This document shows, one piece after another, positions 22,601 to 31,108 of a DNA stretch of 64,000 nt (the first letter of the stretch is position 1; each line of letters begins with the position of its first letter). The translations under genes and the position numbers were made by a program. The notes beneath the pieces are model-generated. The model ran no database searches and was not told the origin of the DNA. It saw only the letters and a list, made by a program, of their open reading frames with translations. Source of the stretch: an uncultured Dehalococcoidia bacterium (GTDB lineage: Bacteria > Chloroflexota > Dehalococcoidia > Lucifugimonadales > CATOSD01); contig CATOSD010000001.1 in assembly GCA_951812395.1 (NCBI GenBank), forward strand, positions 1,211,108 through 1,275,107, in the 5' to 3' direction.

Positions 22601-23197
22601 GATGCGGGCCGGGGCCTCCGCGCCGATGGGGAAGACGTCGATGATGCCGCCGCGGCGGCTGAACTGGCCCGGACCGACGACGGAGCTTTCGAAGCGGTAG
22701 CCGATGCGGCTCCACAGGTCCAGCGTCTCGTCGAGGTCCACGCTCTCGCCCTTCCGGATGTCGTGGCTGCTCTGCGAGAAGCTGCTCGTGTCCAGCGTCT
22801 TCTGCGTCGCCGCGGAGGCGGAGGCGATCACCGCGGGCGGGCGGGAGCCGTTTCCGGCGGTGTGGAGCGCCGCGAGGACGGCAAGACGCTGCTGGATGGC
22901 GCCGTCGTCCGAGGCCAGGCGCTCGAACGGCAGCGTCTCGGTCTCCGGGAAGTGAAGCGCGCAGGAATCGCCGCCCCACAACTGCATCTGGTCGTACAGC
23001 TGGCGCGCGTGCTCGGGAAGCGGCGCGACGACCACCATGGGCGCATCAAGTTCGCACCAGAGCTGGGCGAGCGCGAACGCTGCGGACTGTTCCGGTACGA
23101 TCACCTTGTCGTGGGTGTTGGGCTGCCGGAGCGAATCGCGCAGTTTCGCGAACTGCGGCGTGTCTCCAAGCAGCCGCCCCAGCGAGCTAAGCTTCAT
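19622..23197 (-). CDS. mfd: transcription-repair coupling factor
   Basis: 1191 aa. RNAP-interacting motif GDYVVHVEHGIGRF. Helicase motifs GDVGYGKTE, DEEQRFGV, TATPIPRTL. A TRG region is present. Confidence 0.97.
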   Translation of the reverse strand: MKLSSLGRLLGDTPQFAKLRDSLRQPNTHDKVIVPEQSAAFALAQLWCELDAPMVVVAPLPEHARQLYDQMQLWGGDSCALHFPETETLPFERLASDDGAIQQRLAVLAALHTAGNGSRPPAVIASASAATQKTLDTSSFSQSSHDIRKGESVDLDETLDLWSRIGYRFESSVVGPGQFSRRGGIIDVFPIGAEAPARIELWGNEIDTIREFDPATQRSTRAVERVGIIPARETLPSLTPRELLDARLGRVDVSNCASASAERLQDEFNALLDGYDVEELEFYAGFFNHGSLFDYLPDDSVLVLVRPARVAGAAWDVEERTEHLREAKEGRGELPRLFPSSHFAWREVEERMDRFDRRLDVEPSAAGERDEAASHVLPFGEAPSYYGKLESFVEDVDDFAANDRRVVAVTSHSRRLGEILDGYGVDAEVGANLDVDTPPGKVSVLQAEGAGLQEGFTLSTPTGELVVFSDTEVFGVAKRRSSARRNTMRRAAFLSELSPGDYVVHVEHGIGRFVGAGKGPRGQEGEFLTLQYAQGDKLYVPMEHLDRVGPYVAPLDRPPSLTRLGTQEWRRAKARAERSTREMASELLSLYASRELSEGYAFAPDSHWQAELEESFPFEETPDQLSTISEVKSDMESAKPMDRLICGDVGYGKTEIALRAAFKAVMEGMQVAILVPTTVLAQQHYMTFTQRLGAYPVRIEALSRFRTDREQRDIVRRLVEGEVDICVGTHRLLQKDVSFKNLGLVVVDEEQRFGVAHKERLKQMREQVDVLTMTATPIPRTLHMSLAGVRDMSTIETPPEERLPIKTYVSEFSEDLVREAILRELDRQGQVYFLHNRVYNIDYMAGYIRRLVPEAEVGVAHGQMAEGQLENTMLDFAEGKTDVLVCTTIIESGLDIQNVNTLIINRADAFGLAQLYQLRGRVGRGSRRAYSYLLVPKARSLTEAADKRLRAMLAASELSAGFRIAMKDLEIRGAGNILGAEQSGHIHAVGFNLYTQLLSNAVEELRAGGGAGRNGSGDAEAEQIGRESGPFATAQPPAQGPKLDLGIPVSLPEEYVEHLPARIDLYHRLAALSKLEDVDEVEDELRDRFGPVPWQAQNLLYATRLRLSARDASVVAITRQDDRIVIQLKDSVGGARPALQRAVGRAVEVGDTQLRMRVDGAASGWESALAEALGRLAKFRARVVSELASVH

Positions 23198-23328
23198 TTG
23201 TCGCCGTCACTGCGGCCTCCTCGCGCCCTGTCACGGCGCCGGTTTTTCAGCACACGCCAAGCCGCCGGCCCGGCAGGCCCGGACCGGCTCGCTTTTGTGT
23301 TTCTTCTCGCCCCTGTCTTGACGCCGAG

Positions 23329-23413
23329 TGCCGAAGGTCGGAGTCGAACCGACACGGGATTTAACTCCCAACGGTTTTTGAGACCGCCGCGTCTACCATT
23401 CCGCCACTTCGGC
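23329..23413 (-). tRNA. tRNA-Leu (anticodon CAA)
   Basis: Reverse complement reads GCCGAAGTGGCGGAATGGTAGACGC...GGT-CTCAAAA-ACC... with a long variable arm, T-arm GTCGGTTCGACTCCGAC and acceptor CTTCGGCA. Folded by eye. CCA is not encoded. Confidence 0.88.
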
Positions 23414-23488
23414 GCGACTCGGGCGAGGCCCGGCTGAGCCGGGCCCGTATATTATCCGCTAGTGGGGGCAGCCGGTCAATTGGGGTGG

Positions 23489-23537
23489 CGATGCGGAATG
23501 ACCGCATTAGATTCCTCGGCTGCGCTCGGAATGACAC
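23489..23537. repeat. family-2 small repeat (cggaatgac...attcctcggctgcgctcggaatgac)
   Basis: Matches the motif gtcattcc-agcg-a-gc-gaggaat also seen at 30919 and 57293. Confidence 0.6.
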
Positions 23538-23655
23538 GGTGGGGCGCCGGTTGGGATGGCACACCTGGGCGTCGGCTCGGATGGCACACGTGGGCCCCGG
23601 CTGGGATGGCACACCTGGCGCCGGCTCGAATGGCACACCTGGCGCCGGCTGGGGA
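23528..23655. repeat. tandem array, 5 copies of a 25-bp unit (consensus GGATGGCACACCTGGCGCCGGCTCG)
   Basis: Unit starts at 23530, 23555, 23580, 23605 and 23630. There are no unique spacers. Confidence 0.85.
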
Positions 23656-23675
23656 TCGCCGGGCGTTTCTGCTCC

Positions 23676-23843
23676 TCACATGTCGATTTTCTTTTCGCCG
23701 GACAGGTAGGCTTCCGGCTCCCTCTGGAAGGCCCGGTTGCAGCCCGGGCCGCAGAAGTAATACGTGACGCCCTCGTACTCCCAGGTGCCGCCGTTGGGCC
23801 GTTTCGTGTCCACCTGCATGTGGCAGACGGGATCGGTCGCCAT
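23676..23843 (-). CDS. YHS-domain (TRASH-type) metal-binding protein
   Basis: MATDPVCHMQVD....YEGVTYYFCGPGCNRAF.REP is the classic YHS pattern. It lies immediately downstream of copA. Confidence 0.85.
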   Translation of the reverse strand: MATDPVCHMQVDTKRPNGGTWEYEGVTYYFCGPGCNRAFQREPEAYLSGEKKIDM

Positions 23844-23897
23844 CAAATCTTCGCCACGCCTGCTGAAAAAAGGTATACGCAAAGTCGCCGCCTCCGC

Positions 23898-26369
<2,472 letters not shown>

Positions 26370-26493
26370 CGGGGTACCTCTGGAAACTCCGAAGCGCTAC
26401 ACCCGCCCACGACTACGAGCAGGCCTATCGACATGATAAGCGCGGGCCAATCCGCCGGTCAACGCATGGGCGCGGAAGGAGCGCTCCCTTAAT

Positions 26494-26531
26494 CCCCTCT
26501 CCCCACTGCGGGAGAGGGTTAGGGCGAGGGC
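26494..26531 (-). repeat. family-1b REP-like hairpin repeat (ctctcccc-actgc-gggagag + ggttagggcgaggg)
   Basis: Lies between the YceI-like gene end and the copA start. Confidence 0.7.
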
Positions 26532-26541
26532 CGTGGAGGAA

Positions 26542-27360
26542 TCACGGCGTCACAGTCGCCAGGAATTCGATCTCCAGCCGTATCTCGTCGTCCAGGCTCA
26601 GGATGAAAGCCAGCCTGGGCTTGCTCATCTCGAAGTAGTCGAACGTGAATACCGCCACTGCCTGGCCTGTAATCTCAGGTCCGAACTGCGCCGTGACGTC
26701 CCACTTCACCACTTTGGTCACGTCCCGCACGGTGAAGTCGCCTATCAGCACAAAAGTGGCCTCGCCGCTTTCCGGCAGCGGCCAAGGCAGGTCGACGACC
26801 TCGTTCACCACCAGTGTCGCCTCGGGGTAGGCGCCCGTCTGCAGCGAGTTGCCGCGCAGGTAGTTGTCGCGACGGTCCGAGTCGCTCACCAGCGTGGACA
26901 CGTCCACCACGAGGCTGGAATGCTCGGGCACCACTTTGCCGTCCGCGTCGAAGACGATGCTGCCGGATACGTTCGAAGTCTCGCCGATGGCATCGTTGGG
27001 CAGATCGCGGTTGGCGAGCTGCTCGCCGATGACGTAGCGGGCCAGCGTCCCGTCGCCGATGGTGATGGTCACCTGGCCGTCGCCGCCCATCGCGCCGGGC
27101 TGCGTTGGTTCAGGCGTCCGGTCCTGGGCGGGGGCAAGCTCGTTGGCGCTTGGAGTGTCCGGCGGTATAGCGGGCTGTTCGGCCACCGCGGTTGGCGGGA
27201 CCGTTGGCGTCGGCGGCTGTTGGGCTGGGGCAGCCCCCGTAGCGGTAGGAGGCCTCGGCGGCGCGGCGTCCTCGTCCGTGTCAGTGGAGGAGCCGCAGGC
27301 GACCGCGGAAAGCAGCGCCAATGCGCCGACGAGGACGGCAGCAACAAAGAGCAGTCTCAT
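26542..27360 (-). CDS. YceI-like domain lipoprotein with Pro-rich linker
   Basis: Signal plus lipobox (LLSAVACGSS). A Pro/Ala/Thr-rich linker is followed by a YceI-like beta-barrel segment (FVLIGDFTVRDVTKVVKWDVTAQF). Confidence 0.75.
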   Translation of the reverse strand: MRLLFVAAVLVGALALLSAVACGSSTDTDEDAAPPRPPTATGAAPAQQPPTPTVPPTAVAEQPAIPPDTPSANELAPAQDRTPEPTQPGAMGGDGQVTITIGDGTLARYVIGEQLANRDLPNDAIGETSNVSGSIVFDADGKVVPEHSSLVVDVSTLVSDSDRRDNYLRGNSLQTGAYPEATLVVNEVVDLPWPLPESGEATFVLIGDFTVRDVTKVVKWDVTAQFGPEITGQAVAVFTFDYFEMSKPRLAFILSLDDEIRLEIEFLATVTP

Positions 27361-27373
27361 GCGAGCAAACGCC

Positions 27374-27853
27374 CTACTGGACGTTGATGATGCCCACCAT
27401 CCCGTTCAGCTCGTGCGGGATGCAGATGAGGTCGAAGGCGCCCGCCTCGTCGAACGTGTAGGTGACCGTCACTACTTCTTCGACGTCTACGTCTACGTCG
27501 ACGCTCGTGCCGTCGATGGTGAAGGTGTGGTACACCGCTTCGGAGGTGAGCGTGAATGTCACCGTCTCGCCGACCGAGAAGCTGAAGTCCGCAGGCTCGT
27601 ACGAGTAGGGGCCTCTGCCGTCGCTGTCCAGCAGGTCGACAGTGACGGGGGTGCCTCCGCCTGGCCCATTTGGCCCTGGTGTGGGTGTGGCCAAGTCTTC
27701 AGCAGCAATGGGCGCTGGAGGCGGTGGGGGAGGCGAAACCCTCTCATCCGTTACTGCCATGGTGGCTGCCATCGGCGTCTCGCTGCCGCACGCGGCAATC
27801 GCGAGCATGAGCAGACCCAGAATCGGCGCTGAGAGGACCAATCTCTTAAGCAC
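27374..27853 (-). CDS. cupredoxin (plastocyanin/azurin-like) lipoprotein
   Basis: Lipobox LAIAACGSE. Type-1 Cu ligand pattern: H (VYHTF) and C-x-P-H-x4-M (CIPHELNGM). Confidence 0.8.
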   Translation of the reverse strand: MLKRLVLSAPILGLLMLAIAACGSETPMAATMAVTDERVSPPPPPPAPIAAEDLATPTPGPNGPGGGTPVTVDLLDSDGRGPYSYEPADFSFSVGETVTFTLTSEAVYHTFTIDGTSVDVDVDVEEVVTVTYTFDEAGAFDLICIPHELNGMVGIINVQ

Positions 27854-27976
27854 TTCGCCTCCGGTAACAGCGAAAATCGGCCTCGAGTGCAGGTTGGCCT
27901 AGCCTGGCACAGGCATTAGTTACTTATTTCACAGAGCTTATCATCTCGCGCCAGGCAAGTCAATTCAGAGTCTGTG

Positions 27977-28625
27977 TCAGATTACCAGGCGCCCCCAAAA
28001 GCCATCTCCCTTGCCAAAACCTGCCCCGGAGCCCAACTCTGAACCTACGACCATCGCCTTGACGCTGTGGAGCCAATGTCCCCCTGCTAACGCCCCAACG
28101 TACCCCCCTGCCGCTCCCCCTCGCCCAAACCCGACCCCTTCGCTACCCGGCACCCCGAAAGAAACCGTCACCTTCCCGCGCCGCCCGTGTTCTGGCCCTA
28201 CCCCACACAAGTCCTGCGCTCGCCAAACCACGCCCCCAGGTCTGCGCAATTTCTCCCCACCGTTCCGGCCAAATCCCGCAATCTCGCCCGTTACTGTTCA
28301 GACTTCGTGAGTGTCACGAGCCCCTCCCTACTTTTCGCCACGCCCTCTTGCAATAGCCGCACATACGTGCTAACCTCGTCCAGGCGAAGGACAGACCCCG
28401 CGGCCCGGAATCCCTACACGCAATCGGGATTATTCCACAGGCATTCGTAGGGGCGTCGATAACTGGCCTCCGGTCACCGGCCACCGACCCCCCTGTCCTA
28501 GTCTGTCACGCGGCGCGACACTTGTGCTCAGATATCCCGCGCTCGGCATTACAGATTCGCGCAGGAACGCCGGCACTCCCAGCTAAGAACACAACACAAT
28601 GTCGCAGAAACAAACAGAATTCGCT
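27977..28625 (+). repeat. large dispersed non-coding element, copy A
   Basis: Collinear blocks are shared with the reverse complement of 47873-48420. Examples: aaaccgtcacNNtcccgcgcc, caatttctccccacc, gcacatNcgtgct, gaccccgcggcNcggaa, accggccaccg, ctgtcacgcggcgNgacactt, cattacaga, aatgtcgcagaaacNaacaga. No conserved ORF. Confidence 0.8.
28358..28386 (+). promoter_or_regulatory. promoter-like module TTGCAA-N17-TAACCT with GCAC-ATAC-GTGC palindrome filling the 3' end of the spacer
   Basis: The same geometry recurs at 48153-48181 (minus strand), 57365-57393 and 34748-34776. Confidence 0.5.
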
Positions 28626-28698
28626 TTCCCTCTTTCGCTGGGACAGCAGTTGGGGGGCGCCGAATAAACTGAAACACGATCGTCAATTCAAACGGCGC

Positions 28699-28727
28699 TT
28701 GACACGGCTGTTCTGCCTTGGTACACT
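28699..28727 (+). promoter_or_regulatory. lexA promoter candidate TTGACA-N17-TACACT
   Basis: Near-consensus hexamers with a 17-nt spacer, 54 nt upstream of the lexA ATG. Confidence 0.6.
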
Positions 28728-28731
28728 TTGC

Positions 28732-28745
28732 CGAACATTTGGTCA
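28732..28745 (+). promoter_or_regulatory. candidate SOS box CGAACATTTGGTCA just downstream of the lexA -10
   Basis: Matches 11 of 14 positions of the Gram-positive/Dehalococcoides-type consensus CGAACRNRYGTTYC, as I remember it. Confidence 0.3.
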
Positions 28746-28780
28746 AGTTACGTATTGTACGTGCGCAATGGGGGTGACAC

Positions 28781-29428
28781 ATGGCAAAAGGCAGAGTTTC
28801 CGCGAGGCAACAGCGGATTCTGGAATTCATCCGCGACTTTCTGGTCGAGCACCACTACCCGCCAACCGTCCGAGACATCCAGACGGGCTGCGAGGTCAGC
28901 TCCACCTCGGTGGTCGACTACAACCTCAAGATTCTGCATCGCGAGGGTTACCTGAAACGCTACGCCGGTGTGTCCCGTGGAATCGAGCTGACGGACGGCT
29001 GGAGCGGCATACCCGGCCCCGAAATCCTACGCGTTCCGGTTCTCGGCAGCATCGCCGCGGGCGACCCGCTTCCCACGTTCGCCTCGGACATTCCCACCGA
29101 CGACGACTACGAGAACGTCGAGATCCCCCCGTCGCTCACCAATGGCAGGTCGGACGTCTACGCTCTCAGGGTAAAGGGCACCTCGATGATCGATGCCCTC
29201 GTCGCGGACGGCGACCTGGTGCTGCTCGAGCCGGTGGGGCAGCCAGAAAACGGCGACATGGTGGCGGCGTGGCTCTTGAACGACGAAGAGGTCACGCTGA
29301 AGCGTTTCTACCTGTATGGCGACACGGTCAGGCTGCAACCCGAGAACGAGACCATGGCGCCAATCGACCTGCCGGCGGACCAGGTGGCCGTCCGCGGTCG
29401 CGTCATCGGAGTGTTCCGCACGCTGTAG
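28781..29428 (+). CDS. lexA: LexA repressor
   Basis: 215 aa. Winged-helix N-terminus (RQQRILEFIRDFLVEHHYPPTVRDIQ). Cleavage site region VLGSIAAGDP. Ser/Lys peptidase motifs VKGTSM and VTLKRF. Confidence 0.95.
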   Translation: MAKGRVSARQQRILEFIRDFLVEHHYPPTVRDIQTGCEVSSTSVVDYNLKILHREGYLKRYAGVSRGIELTDGWSGIPGPEILRVPVLGSIAAGDPLPTFASDIPTDDDYENVEIPPSLTNGRSDVYALRVKGTSMIDALVADGDLVLLEPVGQPENGDMVAAWLLNDEEVTLKRFYLYGDTVRLQPENETMAPIDLPADQVAVRGRVIGVFRTL

Positions 29429-29495
29429 GCCCCGTTTGGGCTTTACGCCGTACGAACAAATTATCTGGGCGGCCGGTCCTGAGGGGCCGGCCGGA

Positions 29496-30625
29496 CTACC
29501 CATCGCTTTGCTGTGGCGCGGGTTCAGGCTTCGTGGATTCAGGCGCGGTTTCGGTCTCGGCCGAGGAGCCACCCCCGTTGCCGCCCCACTCGTTGTAGAA
29601 GTAGACGAACACGTCCCGCGCGGCCGCGACGAGCGGCACCGCGACTATCACACCCCACAGCCCGGCGATCTCGCTCGCGAGCACCAGTGTGGCCATGATG
29701 ATCGCGGGGTTTAGGCGGACGGCGCTCCCTTGTATACGAGGCGCGATCAGGTTGTTCTCGATCAACTGGACCGCCACATAGACGAGGGCGACTCCGATGA
29801 CTTTCTCAGGCGAACTCGCGAGTGCGACGAGCAGGCCGGGCACTGCTCCCAAAAGAGGGCCGATTATCGGAATCAGGCCGAACAGTCCGGCCACCAGACC
29901 CAGGACAGCGGCGAATTCGATCCCGAGAATGGTCAATCCCACAAAGATTAGCAGGCCGACGATGGTGGCGCTCGGAAGCTGGGCGCGCGCGTACGAGCCC
30001 ACGACCTCATTGACTAGGAGTACTACGTTTCTGGTGTGCATGCGCCCGGTAGGGGGCAACATCGTGTATAGGCCGCCGACCACCTTTTCGCGGTCTTTGA
30101 GCGCGTAGAACAGGAAGAACGGCACCACGGCAAGACTGATGACAAGCGTCACCGCGTTGGATACCCTACTGATCGTACGTTCGATGACGCCCCGCGCGGC
30201 GTCCGCGAGCACGTTTCCACCACCGGCGACCGCCTCTCCGAGCTGAGTCCGCACTTCCTCTGGGATGCGCTCGGTGATTTCGTGGGACCAGCTTTCGATC
30301 GTGATCCTGGAACGCTCGTACAACTCAGGGAAGGTCCTGGCCAGTTCTTCAGCCTCGTGGAACAGCGGCGGTATCGTCAGATACAGGACTCCGGCGACAA
30401 ACCCGCGAAGGCGAGGTAAGTCGCGAGAATCGAGACGATGCGGGCCGCGCCGGGCGCACGGTGGCGGCCCGGCATCCGCTCCTCCAGGAAGACAACCGCC
30501 GGGTAGAGGAGCTGTGCCAGCACTATGCTGATGACAAACGGGAACAGCGCCCCCCGCGCTGCGCAAAGCAGGCCGGACACCACGAGCATCGCGACGGCCA
30601 CGAGGCCCGCCCGACGCCATCTCAC
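29496..30625 (-). pseudogene. AI-2E family (PerM/YhhT, UPF0118) transporter interrupted by a frameshift
   Basis: The N-terminal TM segments (WRRAGLVAVAMLVVSG...FPFVISIVLAQLLYPAVVFLE...ILATYLAFAG) are in the frame of ORF 30377-30874. The rest (FVAGVLYLTIPPLF... to the end) is in the frame of ORF 29496-30629. The switch is near 30380-30415, at a ggg/ttt run. Confidence 0.7.
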
Positions 30626-30770
30626 CCACGTCTGGATGGCGACGCTATGTCGCTCCGGCTCCGACCGCTCTCGGTCCGTCAACTGCCACGCTCCAAGTGG
30701 ATATCTGTAACACGGGCATTTCGGCGCACGTACTCCGTCACCCGTTTCGCTCGCCGTGTTTCCCCGTTTC

Positions 30771-30796
30771 GAAAGCGCGCTAAGAAAGCGCGCTAA
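30771..30796. repeat. perfect tandem duplication 2 x 13 bp (gaaagcgcgctaa)
   Basis: Seen directly. Each unit contains the palindrome agcgcgct. Confidence 0.9.
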
Positions 30797-30918
30797 AGGG
30801 GTAACGGCGACAGGTGTCCACACCAGTAGCCTCTCATGCCTGCCGCGGTTGGTCCGGGGTGGTTCTAGACCCACCCAGTTTCTTGTGGTTATCTGTTACT
30901 TACGGCGTTTTCCTCCAT

Positions 30919-30978
30919 GTCATGCTGAGCGCAGTCGTGGCATCTCAGACCCTTCGATTACGCTCAGGGTGACATGAT
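30919..30978. repeat. family-2 small repeat (gtcatgctgagcgcagtcgtggcatc...cgctcagggtgacatg)
   Basis: Resembles the widespread element that translates as ..SEAK/ERS..LRMT-like strings. Intergenic, upstream of hppA. Confidence 0.55.
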
Positions 30979-31108
30979 GGGACAATGGGAAGATCCTACC
31001 GACCGGCCGCCTTTGCTTGACCTCGCGTTCGCCGCTATGTTAGCTTTTTTGCGGAGCGACGCCTGAACACGCTCGACCCCATGTCTTCCCAAACGCAGGG
31101 GAGATTTT

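Noticed and set aside
23528-23655. Possible CRISPR array (regular short repeats)
   Set aside because: The 25-bp units are directly adjacent with no unique spacers. No cas genes or leader are present. It is a plain tandem repeat.
23200-23680. Integrated mobile element at tRNA-Leu(CAA)
   Set aside because: No integrase, no direct repeat of the tRNA 3' end and no foreign gene block. Only small repeats lie between the tRNA and the copper operon.
28011-28310. Protein-coding interpretation of the large dispersed element (99-aa ORF in copy A; 229-aa ORF 47735-48424 in copy B)
   Set aside because: The ORFs are Pro-rich and low in complexity. Copy A is stopped where copy B continues. Amino-acid conservation is no better than nucleotide conservation, and there is no RBS. 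I kept it as a caveat because short peptide strings and one equal-length segment are shared.
28522-29598. 358-aa plus-strand ORF overlapping lexA
   Set aside because: It is out of frame with the clearly recognisable LexA sequence, and it is Arg/Pro-rich with no motifs.
30377-30874. Independent 165-aa gene
   Set aside because: Its C-terminal half is the N-terminal TM region of the AI-2E transporter, in a different frame from the rest of that gene. The N-terminal 80 aa are likely non-coding read-through.
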